From: Camelus dromedarius
Lineage: Eukaryota
NCBI RefSeq assembly: GCF_036321535.1
Contig: NC_087437.1
Coordinates: 5,270,001 to 5,334,000 of the forward strand
DNA: 64,000 bases
Reading direction: 5' to 3'
Part shown: positions 24,480 to 36,946 of the stretch, piece by piece
Layout of the letters: the number at the start of each line of letters is the position of its first letter
Numbering within the stretch: position 1 is the stretch's first letter
Translations under genes and position numbers: made by a program
The notes under the pieces: generated by a model
Told to the model about the DNA's origin: nothing
The model's database searches: none
What the model saw: only the letters and a program-made list of their open reading frames with translations

Positions 24480-24814
24480 TATTTCAGATCCTAGGTGGTG
24501 GAGGCTCTGAGGGGAGGTCTGTAACCCACCCCGGGGAGGCGGGCAGTCCAGCCCGGAGGGCCCAGTACATCTTGAGCCATTCCATGGAGAGTCTCTGAAT
24601 TCAAGCAGCAAGCTGTAAGCTGAACAGGATGGACGGGCCTTCCCCAGCCAGGGGTCCTGGGCACGCGGGTGCGCTGCCAGTGCCTAAACCAGAAAAAATC
24701 CCAACTAGCCATCCACGCCAGAAGTAAGTGCGGAAAAGGAAACAAGCCTCCTCTTCACGGCAGTGTGTCCAGAGTCCCATGTCAGCAGGGCTAGTGGATT
24801 TAAGTCACACATTT

Positions 24815-25003
24815 TACTTTATTTTTTATTCTTTCTTTTCTTTCTAGTTTTTTTTTTTTTTGGTGGGGTAATTGGGTTTATTTTAATGAGATTAAATTCA
24901 TTTAATTATTTAAATGGAGATTAAATTAGATTACTGGGGATTGAACCCAGGACCTCGTGCACGCCAAGCACACGCTCTACCACTGAGCTATTCCCTCCCC
25001 TTC
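24815..25003 (-). mobile_element. tRNA-Ala-derived SINE (Vic-1-like), long form
   Basis: tRNA-like head 24933-25000; TSD tttaa(g/t)tcacacattt at 24799-24814 and 25004-25019. Confidence 0.9.
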
Positions 25004-25316
25004 TTTAATTCACACATTTAAAAAACTGTCCATCTCCGTCTCCACTTCAAATAGTTTAGCTGGAAGGCAGACTTCTCCCGTAACGTAGAAATTACTTATT
25101 ACCTTTGAAGGAGTTTAATATTTGCTTTGGAAGCTACACTCATATATACACAAAGAAGTTTCTTTCAAACGCTGAAAATTCTATTTGGAGAACTTTGTCC
25201 ACTTTACAGATGAAAAGAGGACTAAATATGCTGTGTCTTTGGTGTTCAAACCTTGCGATCTCTTTTCTTAAATGTCAGCGCTAGACATATGACCCGTGCC
25301 CCAGGCTCAACGTTTT

Positions 25317-26362
25317 GTTTTTTGGGTTTTTTTACATTTTTTAATTGAGTAATAGTTATTTTACAATGTTGCGTCAAATTCTAGTGTAGAGCACAATCTT
25401 CCACTCATATATGAACATGTATGTATTCATTGTCACTTTTTTTTCGCTATGAGCTACCACAAGATCTTGTATATTTCCCTGTGCTATACAGTATAATCTT
25501 GTTTATCTATTCTGCATTTTAAAATCCCAGTCTGTCCCTTCCCACCCCCTGCCCCCTTGGCAACCACAAGTTTGTATTCTATGTCTATGACTCTGATTCT
25601 GTTTTGTATTTATGTTTTGGTTTTTTTTTAGATTCCTCATATAAGCGATCTTATATAGTATTTTTCTTTATTTTTCTGGCTTACTTCACTTAGAACGACA
25701 TTCTCCAGTAACATCCATGTTGCTGCAAATGGCACTATGTTGTCGATTTTTGTGGCTGAATAGTATTCCATCGTATAAATATACCACTTCCTCTTTATCC
25801 AGTCATCTGTTGATGGACATTTACGCTGTTTCCATGTCTTGGCTATTGTAAATAGTGCTGCTGTGAACACTGGGGTGCAGGTGTCACCCTGAAGTAGGGT
25901 CCCTTCTGGATATATGCCCAGGAGTGGGATTCCTGGGTCATATGGTAAGGCTATTCGTAGTCTTTTGAGGAATCTCCATACTGTTTTCCACCGTGGCTTT
26001 CCTTGCTTCCCTCTCCCACTCTTAATGGTTTAGATGTCCTCTTTAACAATTTTGTGTTTATTCTTTCTGTAATTCATGGCAGTTATCTCCTTTCCAGTTA
26101 GAGTTTCTCGTTTTTGTAGCATCCTGCTTCTTTTCTATTTAGAGTAGACCTGTCAATATTTCTCTTAGCATGGGTTTAGTGTTGCTAAACTCTTTTGGTT
26201 TTTGCTTGTCTGTGAAGTTCTTTATCTCTCCTCCTATTCTAAAGGATAGCCTTGCTGGATAGAGTATCCTAGGCTGCATCTTTTTTTCATTCAGGACTTT
26301 GAATAGATCTTGCCCCTCCCTTCCAGCCTGTAGTGTTTGTGCAGAGGAATCAGCTGAGAGCC
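25317..26362 (-). mobile_element. Internally deleted LINE-1: ORF1 C-terminus and inter-ORF spacer fused to ORF2 3' end and 3' UTR
   Basis: ORF 26139-26387 has RLSAD...QPRILYPARLSFRIGGEIKNFTDKQK (L1 ORF1). ORF 25637-25870 is the ORF2 C-terminus. Junction at about 25998. Imperfect TSD ccaggctcaacgtttt / ccgggctcgggcgtttt. Confidence 0.9.
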
Positions 26363-26384
26363 GGGCTCGGGCGTTTTGATTGCT

Positions 26385-27310
26385 CATTCCTTTGCTCCAA
26401 CAAGTACCTGCTGAGTCCTAGCTAAAAGGCAGACACTGGGCACACAACAGCGAGGGAAAAAAGGGTTTTTGCTCTCAAGGAGTTAATGTCTGATTCTACT
26501 GGTGGAGGATAAGCTAATGATCACAAACAGTTAGAAATGGAGAGAAGCCTGGTTCTTCCAAACACAGAGGAGCTTGGCTTGGTCTAAGAGGAGAGACCAC
26601 CTTCCCGAGAAGATACAAAGGAAGAGAGTGTCCCAGGCAGAGGAACCGCCAAAGCAAAGGCCCTGGGGCAGGGAGGGGCACGGAAGAGTCTGGCAGCCAG
26701 GGTGCCCGGAATGCAGAAGGCGGGTCCAGATCCCACAGGGCCGTGTGGATCCCGGGACAGGCTCCCACCTTGATCTTCAGAAGAATCCAAAGCTTTAGAG
26801 CCATTTTAAGCAGTGGGGTGACATGGTTCGATTTGCTTTTTTTAAAGATCATCTTGGCTGCGTGGAGAACATATTTGAAGGGGAGACCGGAGTAGTCCAG
26901 GCAGGTGATGATGGGAAGAAGTAGGGGTTCCAGAGCTTCTAGGACCTAAAACAGACTCGCATTAAGAACAGACTGACTATGGGACAAAGGAGGCAAGAGC
27001 GCCAAGGGTGACCTCTGGGCAGGTGGGAGCCTCGGGGCCAGTGGAGGTGCGGCTCCTCTAGGTGGGGGTGGGGGGCAAGCCCGGCCAGGGGGAGGGCAAG
27101 GTCATAAGTTGCCCTGAGACGGCCGAGCAGCTGCATAAGAGCTAGGGCTGGGGTCCCAGGGGAGCAGCGCGGGCTGGACATGCAGAGGTAAGAGCCACCG
27201 ACACAGGTGACAAGTGAGATTTTCCAACCCTGGGGGTAGACAAGATTTTCTCAGGAAGAGGTAAGGAAAGACAGGAGAAATGGGGCTAGGAATGAGGAAC
27301 CGGGTGGGAA
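26385..27310 (-). mobile_element. L2 LINE relic
   Basis: tcattcc...caacaagtacctgctgagtcc; ttttaagcagtggggtgacatggttcgatttgc...aaagatcatcttggctgc. Confidence 0.7.
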
Positions 27311-29121
27311 ACCACACAGCCAGGAGAAAAAGGTGCTCCAAGGGTGAGCTAGGGCACCAGGGGGTGAAGCCACTGCCACGGCCATGGGGTTGGGGGAACA
27401 CGGTCTCCCGGGAGCCGGACGACGCCCCATCAGCAGAGAAGTGGGTGACAGGACAACGAGACAGAGGCGAGAAGATGTCTATCAGTACAGCCCCCTCCTG
27501 GGGCCCCACCAGCGATGTGACCTCCCCGGGTCACACACAGAACAGCAGTCCTCACTAGCCCATCCCCACCACAGGGGGCAGAGATGGGCAAGTACTTCAA
27601 AGAGAAGGCAGGCTGCCAGGATTTGTACAGCTCACTGCGGGTGGACACCTCGACTGACCCAAGAAACCTGGCTCCCGTCTCCTGGCTTCCCCCCGAGGCA
27701 CACTGTTCAGCAGCCCTGGAGCGCCACCTTGAAAACGCCCCCAGCCACAGGAGTTTCCCCTGGTTGGCCCCCTCGGTGACACGCAGAGTCTTCCCCAGAA
27801 TCAAACCTCACGTCTCTGCTTTGGGATCTGCTGGCACCATGACTGACCAGGAAGGGATGGTGAGAAAACGGCACCTCCCCTTCCTTGTAAGGGGCGGCAC
27901 AAGCCAGGCGTCTGGCAGGAGACCTTGCTGGCGATGCTGGAATGTCACTCTGAACGCACGCAGCCCCCGCAGCCCTGGCCAAGCTGCGGCTGGTGGCGGT
28001 GCGGGGCCATCCGTCTTCCAGCTGGCCGCTGACTGCTCCTGGTGGGTAATGGTGGCTTTGGCGGCTGCCTTCTGGTCCTCTGCTGCTGCCACCTGTCACA
28101 CGAGCATCTCCGAGCTGGCGCAAGATCTTCCTCTGCGCTCCACCCCACCCGGCTCTACGGGGCCATCTCCTTGGCGTCCTCCCATGAGTGGCCCCTTTGG
28201 GTTTGTTGGCTGGGGAGGGGCTGCTCCGATCTGTGCTCCTGTCCTGATGCTCCTGTTCCTGGCTCTGTGTCCAAAGAACATGAGGAACCACGAGCAGGGA
28301 GCTCGGGGGGAGGGTGCCAGGCTAGGGGATGGGCGAGTCCCGGGTCTCTGCCTAGCAGTGTGGCCTTGGCCGTCAGCAGGGCAGCAGGCGGCTCCAGGCG
28401 ACACCTGCCCGGTGTGGCAGGTTCCCTGGACTCATCAGCTCTTCCCAAATGATTCTTGGGAGGAGCCCCCACTAGGGGCAAAGTGTGGGGATGCAAACAG
28501 CAGAATCTCATTCAAGGGGAGGACTCGGGCTGACCCTCAGGAACCACGGGAAACATGCTGAGAATGGCCACACTTCTCAGGGCAGCTGTGTTTCCAGGAC
28601 AGCTCAAGTGTCGTCTAGCTTGTGTGTGGGGGAGGCCCCTGGCCATCCCAGGGCAGCCCTGGGATGAGGACTCACTCCACAGGGGTGAGGTGAGGGCCGC
28701 TCTCCGTCTATACCAGCCACTGTCACTCAGAGACCTGCGGGGCGGGTGTTCTGGCAGGTTCTCTCTGCCCAGATCACCACACCTCTGATGGCCCCAGGGA
28801 GCAGGCCCGAGCTTCAACCAGCTTGTAACAGGAAACAGATGCAGAGAAGCCAGGCATCAGCTCAACCGTCCCAGCCCTGGTCAGACTGCGGCTGGCCTCG
28901 CGCCCCTACCTTCAGCCTCGCGGCACGGCTGGCGGCCCGAGCGTCCCCGCGGGAGGCAGCCTCAGGAGTGGTGGGATGCATTTTGCCAAGTGGCTCAGGT
29001 GTCCCCGAGCTCTGAGAGCTGCTGGCAGGTGGAGCAGGCAGCCCTCTGACCGCCGTTAGAAATCCAGTCAGAGGCGAAGTCCTGCCGAGCCACAGTGCAC
29101 AAAGCAGCCAAGGTCACTCAC

Positions 29122-29200
29122 CTTTGATTCCTTCTTGATTTTCTGAGGTAGACAAGGTCTCTGAAGAAAGACAACTTGCTTGGTGGATATGTTCCCCTCC
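29122..29200 (-). CDS. RFTN1: RFTN1 penultimate coding exon
   Basis: ttgcAG acceptor (29201-29202) and GTGAGT donor (29120-29121). 79 nt encoding (R)EGNISTKQVVFLQRPCLPQKIKKESK; phases fit both neighbours. Confidence 0.96.
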
Positions 29201-31188
29201 CTGCAACACATGTGGAGCTGAGAATGAGACTCATACTCAGGGGTGGCCCACACCCCACCCAGAGGCCGCCATCCTGAACTTGCCCCTGGCCGGCCCCCCG
29301 AGGGAAGGGAGGCTGCGCCGGAGACGAAGGGGGCAGAGGTCAAGAAGCCCCTCACCCCTCCCCACCCCCAGGCCATCCACCCTGGCTTCCATGGGGCTAT
29401 CTTGGGGGCCCCAAAAAGACTCTGTGGACATCCCTGAAAGTCAGCTTTGTGACTGAAGGCCACCCTCCCTGGGATGTGAAATGACAGCTAATTATCTCCG
29501 CCAAATGATGACAAAGTGGCCTCCTCCAAGAGTATCAGGGGGGCGGGAGGCCTATTCCAAGTCTGCCTTTGGTAATGAGGCTGCAGAGGGGCTGGCTGGC
29601 ATGGGCGGACAGACAGAGAGGAACCGAGCAACGGGCTGTCCCGTCACCTGTCCCCGGAGCCCAGGCAGAGGGCCTGGCTATGCTGGGGTCCCGGCCACCA
29701 CGTGAGTCCCCCGTGAGCAGCAGGGCTGAGGGGCACGGGGGGCATCGCGGCAGAGACGCATCAGCAAAGTGGGCTGCGGGTGCTGCTCATTTTCCTGGCA
29801 CAGGGAGCACCCCTTCCTCCCAGGCAGGCGGGACCCCACGGGCTGCCTTTAGAGACACTAGAAATACTGTAAAGGAGACCACTTTCTTAAGTTGCTATTG
29901 TGCAGACGCCTTCTCTGCCAAGGCGACGTGTCACTACACAGGGTGTCGGAGGAAAAGAGGGGAGAGCACTGACACTCCTGTTTTGTGCCAGGGCCAGGCT
30001 GGGTGAGTCGCACTCCAAGCCACAGGACCACTTCCAGTGACAGGACAAGACAGCTCCGTCAAGGAGCAAGCCTGGGGTCACATCACAGAGATTCAAGGTC
30101 AGATCCCCTGGTTCCACGCCCTCTCCTCTCCACTGCAAGGGAATTTAGGACCCAGGAAAGTGGAGGATTATGGAGGCTTATTTAGGTCTGACCACCTGAG
30201 ACGGAGACAAAGAGAACCGTCTGCACCCTCCTGGCTGAGAGCACAGAACTAGCAGGGGCTTCACGTTCAAATCCATTCTCAGGGGGTGGTTCTCGACTTC
30301 TGGAATGGAAGACAGACAGGCATTCTTGGTCTCAGAGACTAGGAAATCGGCTCAAAAAAGCTACATGGACTTGACCAAGGTGGACAGTTAGCAAGTGGCA
30401 GACTCAGGACTGGGGTTCAAGCCTGCAGGTCACAGCTCCAGGGTTCTCTCCCCTCCACCACCCTGTGCCCATTCAAGTCTTGGCTGAGAAATAATATGGA
30501 GGCTCCCATTGGTCCAAGGGGCAAAGGCAGCTGCAGACTGGCTCCTGCAGGTGCACAGTCCCACTTGGCCAAGTGTCAGGGCGGGGAGACGTGATAAGGA
30601 CCCCAAAGAGGCAGGGATGGGCACCAGCACCCTCAGCCTGTGCCCTAGGGCTGCACCACCCGCCGTCTGCCCAGATCACCAGCGCTGCCTCACGCTGTCC
30701 CTCATCCTGCAGTGGTGAGCAGGCAGTGGGGCTGGGGAGGGTGCAGCCCTGAGGGCCATGAGGGGTCTCCCCCTAGGTCAGCAAAGAGGCGGCCCGTTGT
30801 AGGACCACCTGATCCTGCAGACTGACTTTCTAGTCCCAGGTTCCCCCACTTACTGGCTGTGTGGCTTCAGGTACGTGATGAAGCCTCTCTGAGCCTTAGT
30901 TTCTTCATCTGTAAAATGGGAACCATATTTCTGCTCACTACCCAACAAGTAGTTAGGACTAGCTTGATAGCAAACCCAAAGACAGACAGAAGGCCTTTTA
31001 GGGTTGGTAAGACAGGGATATAAGCCCATGGGCTCGAGGGATGGCGGGCAGAGTTGAGAGTGGACAGATGAACTTGAACTTGAAATTGTAGGGCGTGCCG
31101 CAGCAAGGGCCTACACGCCAGGTCTAGGTCACAAAGAGCCTACTAGGACAGGTAAGTATTCAGTTAGAGCAACGACTGTTACTGTTAC

Positions 31189-31292
31189 CTGGTAGTCTTG
31201 ACCACGGGAGTCGGCAGCACACAGGTGAGCTGCCAGCCATAGGCGGCCAGCGAGTTTAGCAGGGGCACGTAGTCTGTCTGCACCTCGACACC
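31189..31292 (-). CDS. RFTN1: RFTN1 coding exon
   Basis: ctccccAG acceptor and GTAACA donor. 104 nt encoding GVEVQTDYVPLLNSLAAYGWQLTCVLPTPVVKTT plus 2 nt. Confidence 0.97.
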
Positions 31293-32472
31293 CTGGGGAG
31301 AAAGGCCAACGTGAGGGCTGACCGCCTCAAGCCAGCGCCTGAGGGCCTGAGCATGCGCCGTCCCACCCGCCTGCTCCAGGCAGCAGGAAGGGGCGGGGTG
31401 CCCTGCAGCCTGGGGCCCTGCTCTGGCTCCGGCTCCAAAGATGCTTAAATACTTCGGAGCCCGACTGCCAGAGCGGGATTTCTTTCCGGCCCGACTCAGT
31501 CCGGGCACTCGGCAGGGAGCTAGAGCCCACGGATGAACCCATTCATTCTGCATTAATCCTGTCTGGACAAAGAGCCCGAGTTTCACCCAAGCAGTGTAAG
31601 CACGTCGCCTCCAAGATGTACGCATCCAGGGCCCGTGACGACACTGCTTGGATGGGCCCAGAGCGTGGCATGGGGAGGTCAGTTACGTCTGACAAAAGAT
31701 GGGGTCCTCTTCACCCAGCCACCGCGGACACACACACACACACACCCCCTGCGTGTGCACACATGCAGGGAGCTTCACCTGGGTTACACCTTCTGCCGTA
31801 ACAGAGTAAACGAAAGCTGTTTCATTTCAAACCAAATGAAAAGACTCAGTCCTCCTCCCACAGGGAGAACGCCCCGCTGTGAGGCCGCTGCCCCCCGTGC
31901 CCCATCCTGCTTTCTCATGCAGCGGACCTCATTCCTGAAGCTGGGTCCTCATCCTGCCCTGCGCAGATGCTGCACCCCCACCTCTGCCACACTGGCGCCC
32001 GACAGTGACTTCAGAACGCCTCCGACACGAGCCCAGTTCCTTCCAGCCAAGGTGGCCACAGGACTCATCCAGCCAGTACCTGGGAGCCGGGGTGGCTTGG
32101 AGGTGGGTGAAGACACGGGCCTGTGGCCAGAGTTCAAGTCCAGCGGAGGCCATGGCACAAACACTCAAGTCACTGACATATAAAATGGCCTGCTGGCAGG
32201 GCCAGCTTCCTGGGGCTTGGGGACGGGGCGGAGATGGACAGGCAGAGCTGGGGAAGAGGCGTTCCAGGAACTCCAGCGTGGCTACCAGGCCAGCAGCTTA
32301 CCCTTGGGGAACCTCAACTGTATAAAGCTAGTCTTGGCCGGCCTGTGTCAGTGAGGTCCCCAAGCTGGCAGCATCACCTGGGTGGGCACTTGTCAGAAAT
32401 GCAGAGTCTTAGGACCCCACCCAGACCTGCACAACCAGAAGTGGTGGGGGTGGGGCCCAGGAATCTGCTTCG

Positions 32473-32916
32473 TTCTTTTTTTTAATTGAAGTATGGTTGT
32501 CTTACAATATTGTATTAGTTTCAGGTGTACAACATAGTAGGTCCATGTTTTTATAGATTATACTCCATATAAAGTTATTATAGACTATTGGCTATATTCC
32601 CTGTGCTGTACATCACATCCCTGTATCTTATTTATTTTGTATCTAGTAGTCTGTACCTCTTAATCCTCTTCACCTATCTGGCCCCTCCCCCCACACCCTC
32701 TGCCCACTGGTACCCACTAGTTTGTTCTCCCTATCTGTAAGTCTGTTTCTCTTTTATTTGTTCATTTGTTTTATTTTTTAGATTCCACATACAACTAAAG
32801 ACATGAAATGTTTGTCCTTCTTTGACTTATTTCACTTAGCATAACACCCTGAAGGTCCATCCACGTGGTGGCAAATAGCAAAATTTTCATTCTTTTTTAT
32901 GAGTGAGTAATATTCC

Positions 32917-32969
<53 letters not shown>

Positions 32970-33147
32970 CACATCTTCTTTATCCAGTCATCTCTTGATG
33001 GACACTTGGGTTGGTGGTTCCATTTCTGGGCTGTTGTAAATAGTGCTGCTGTGAACACTGGGGTGCAAGTGTCTTTTCTAGTCAGTGTTTTCATTTCCTT
33101 TGGACATACGCCCAGGAATGGAATTGCTGGATTATATGGCAGGTCTA
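32473..33147 (-). mobile_element. LINE-1 3' fragment
   Basis: Antisense L1 3' UTR and ORF2 end (KDTCTPVFTAALFT...KCPSRDDWIKKMWY). Confidence 0.92.
32919..32967. repeat. (TG)n microsatellite, about 24 units, inside an L1
   Basis: Direct reading. Confidence 0.97.
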
Positions 33148-33278
33148 TTTTTTTTAATGGGGTGGAGGTAATTAGGTTTATTTACGTATTTATTTATCTT
33201 TAATGGAGGTGCTGGGGATTGAACCCAGGACCCTGTGCATGCTAAGCACGCGCTCTACCACTGAGCTATACCCTCCCC
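33148..33278 (-). mobile_element. tRNA-Ala-derived SINE (Vic-1-like), long form
   Basis: Reverse complement GGGGAGGGTATAGCTCAGTGGTAGAGCGCGTGCTTAGCATGCACAGGGTCCTGGGTTCAATCCCCAGCACCTCC. Confidence 0.92.
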
Positions 33279-35329
33279 TCTTTAATTTTTTTTTAAACGG
33301 CATTTCCAGTAGTTGAGGTACAGGTAAGTCTGAGAGGACACTGCCTAGAAAATCAATTAGGTTTCTTCTGATGACAGAAGAGAGTCTGCAGTTCTGTGGC
33401 CAGAATCCATCAACTGTTAGCCTCATCCAACCCTCCCTTTCATTCTTCAGGAGAGGAGAAAGTCAAGAGACTTTCAAAGGCTCAGCTCTGTTACTGCTAT
33501 TGGGGCAGCAGAAAGAAAGGGAGTGGGGAGGGGAGAGGGCAGGGGAGCAAAGAAGCAGGGAGGAGCCAGGGCAAGAGGAGCAGGAAAGGAAGAGGGCTTA
33601 ATACAGGACGGGGAGCAGGAAGGGAGGAGAGAAGGTGCCAGTACAATTTCCAGGAGAGGGGTAGGAGGGGACCCCATTCTGGCCCCATCCCTGAAACCTC
33701 CACTCAGGCCAGAGATGACAACAGATGACCCAACGACCCCCGCTTCTGCCGGCCCCCTGAGCACCTGGGGACCTCCCTTCCAGGCCAGCAGGGCCAGCAT
33801 CCCTCGTGCCAGGCAGGCCCTCACCCCCTGCCGAGGTTGCTTTATTCCGAGAACCCCAGCCCCCAGCCCTGCGTCTCTGATTGAGAGAGAGGAGGGAGAA
33901 AATGTGCAAGCCACACTCCAGCTTGGCGAGGTTATGATTACTTGGCTCTATCAAGAATAACCTTCCCACTTTATCAAGCACGCTGACAAACCCGCCACCA
34001 TCAGACAGTAGCCATGGCAACCAGGACAAGCGATGGCACTCACAAAGCCCTGAGTGGCAGGATGGAGTCCTTTCATTGGTGCCTGTGCCCTGGCTGGGTT
34101 TTCTCCTCGGGCGCCCGGCACGGCAGGACAATGGGCAGCCCCCCGGCAGCCCGACCCGCCTGCCCAGACTGGCCTGGCGGGGCTGCTCTGCTTCGCTCCG
34201 TTTCATTCCAGTTACTCACCGTCTTAAAGAGAAAGACGGCAGGATGTCTCCCCAACAGTTTTTCCCTTCGGGGTGGGGGATGTCAGCCAGAGGGCAGAGA
34301 AACACAAAGACCAAAAGGAAAAGAGAAAACACAACAAAACACGACCCTGCTTGAGGGAGCTGAGGGCTCAGCCGCACGCGTTCCCAGCCAGCTGTCCCGG
34401 GACGGGTTGCGAGAAAACACAAGCGGGAGGGGAGCGAGGTGTTTCACTCCGCCCGACCTTCCCACTCCGACTATCTGGGCTGGTCTTGACTTAATTCATG
34501 GAAAATGTGGTTTTCCACAAAGCACCTATCAAAGCCGGTTTGCATGTCATCAATACAGTAAGACGACGACACTTGGAAAATATGATATGAGCCCCATGCA
34601 GTCAGTGGAAGAAGCTTTCAAGTCCGTTAGCTGAGAAAGCGGGTAGCAAGCCCATCGGATGGAAGGCTCTCTTTGATCTGCTTTCCTGTGACACTCCAGT
34701 GAGGACAGGAACGCACAAACAGCACTCCAAAGCCAGCCTGCTTAGCAAACGAAAAGACCTTTCTTTCTGGGAACAGAAGCAAACATTTTAATTAACTCTC
34801 CACTCTCCTGTGTGGATACCGTAATCTCCGGTCACACCTGGAGTGTTTTAAAAAAAAAATGGAGCATGTCCTGTGGTTCTTCAACGTGTGTAAAGGGAAT
34901 TCGTTTGTATTCATGGCTCTTTTTTTCTCCCCGCTTTGTTCCCTCTGATTTCTCTGGTGGTCGCAAATGCACTAAAACGGGCAACCAACACAACCTTTCC
35001 TTCCCCTCTGAAAATATAGACAACACGATGCAGAGTTTACTAAGAAATGCATTTGTCTTTTGATCATTCTAAAGCTCTTCTGTGCAGGGGGATATTAGGA
35101 GGCAGCACGTTGGCCCAGTGAGCAAGCTGGTGTCCTGCACGTCAGGGCCTCTGGGACGGTCTCCACTTCTGAAGCAGTGCAGTGACTGTGGAAAGGGGTC
35201 CTCTGCTCTCGGTACCCACCTGCTGGGTCCTTCCTTTTCCTTCCCTTCCCTGAGAGGGCACGTGCATCTTTTGTAAAATTGCTACCAAAGCACTAACGTC
35301 TAACACTCACTGGCAGGACACGTTTATAT

Positions 35330-36143
35330 ACTATGTCCTTATGTATTAGTTTTAGGGATTTTTTGATTTCCTACCGTGGGAAATGAAGGCTCCCATATAC
35401 ACTCCTTACCTTCTCTTTCCTGGTGCCCCAAATGGCTATAAAGTCATTTTAATTAAATCAGAAGTCTGTACTATTACAGCTTTGGAAATATTGCTCACTG
35501 CTGGGTCAAGTCATGCCCTGTAACCATATCTTCCTTTTAAAATACGACCCTTTATCTTTCCTGGAGTTAACTGTGGCCTCAATTTTTTTTTTCATCTGTC
35601 TGGTTGTACATCAACCCATTACTGATTGACTCCACATGCTCCAACACCTCTATTATGTACCTATCAATGAATATTCCATGTATCAAAATACCTGATTCCT
35701 ATTTTTTTCCACGTGGAGACATCATTTCTGGAGCTTTCTGTACCTGTGCTCCAATTTGGTGTGGCTGCTTCCCACACCTGGGCTCTCCCTCCACCACTCT
35801 CTATGGCTGGTGTTTTCTCTTTCTTGGTTTCCTCTTCATTTTGCTGGAGCACATCCTCTTGTGGTCCCTTAGGAAACAATGCCCTGGAAGTCATCTGCAT
35901 CCCCACATTTCTAAGAAAGTCATTGTCTTCACCCTTAACCAACAGTCTGAAGTCTAGGCTGAACTCTTATTTTTCCATTAACATTTTTAAAGTATTCCTC
36001 CACTAGCTTTGGGAAGTCAGCGTGGCTACTGTGATGTCTATTTGAATTACTAATACTTTGTAACCTGTTGTGCTACTTTGGAAGATGTTAGGATATTTTT
36101 TTCCCACATAGTTCCAGAATTTCACAATATGCCTTCAAAGTTG

Positions 36144-36174
<31 letters not shown>

Positions 36175-36560
36175 TAAAAACTCAAAAGGCTATGCACTGA
36201 ATGGCTTTGCCCTCAAAGGATTTTTGTCCTTTGGCTCTGAAAATGTCTTTTTTTTTTTTTTCTTTGATAGTTTTTCTCTCCTCTGCAGCTGCCTTCTTTC
36301 TAGACCTCCTAGCAGTCAGAATGTAGGACTGATATTTTAATTTTATTACCTTTCTTTCTCCCCATTTTCTTACTCTGTCTTTTTATTTTACCTTCTGAAA
36401 AGATGTCCTTTATTTTGTTTTTCAGCCTTTTTGCTATGTTTTAAAATGCTCCTCTGGCCTCTTTTTCAGACCCAAAAGCTCCCTCTGATCTTTTGGCCAT
36501 TTCTTTTTTATAGCATCCTGTTTTTGTTTCATGGATACATACACTCTACCTCTTAATTTT
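35330..36560 (-). mobile_element. Ancient L1-related relic (T-rich, strongly degenerate)
   Basis: Composition and scattered motifs typical of antisense old L1/HAL1; family not resolvable by eye. Confidence 0.4.
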
Positions 36561-36946
36561 CAGCGGTTTCATCTGATCCCTGCGTCACTTCCAGTTACCC
36601 AGCTGCATGAGGCAGTCGGGAGAGCTAGGGATCTGACCACACCATGGAAGGGCTTCAGTTCAAACCAACGCCCTGGTTTTAGTTCTGCAGTTCACCTCCC
36701 ATCACCCGACGGTGACTCATGCTTTGAAGACCAGAGCTTTCCTCAGGCTCCCTCCCCACCCAGGTGCAGTGTCCTCCACTTTGCTAAGCCAGTCAGCCTC
36801 CGCCAGGCGCCTTCCACCTTCTAAAAATGTGTAGAAGTCACCCATCTTCCACTTTCTCTTCTTTCAGTCTTTTTGTTCTTGTAGGTGTCTATCTATCCAT
36901 CTATCTATCATTCTACTTACCTACCTATCTACCTATTTATCACCTA

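Larger units (their letters stand above)
32345..33345. mobile_element. MER5A-like hAT element split by an L1 and a SINE (arms about 32345-32470 and 33290-33345)
   Basis: gcagcatcacctggg...ttgtcagaaatgcaga...ccccacccagacct...gggcccaggaatctgc, resuming ttttaaac...ccag. Confidence 0.7.

Noticed and set aside
27584..28561. 325-aa + strand ORF
   Set aside because: GC-rich intronic sequence antisense to RFTN1, with overlapping ORFs in several frames, no recognisable domain and low-complexity P/G/A/W content.
34838..34971. Possible RFTN1 cassette exon (HLRPPEKSEGTK...)
   Set aside because: Weak donor (GTGTGA), poor pyrimidine tract and a 134-nt length that would shift the frame.
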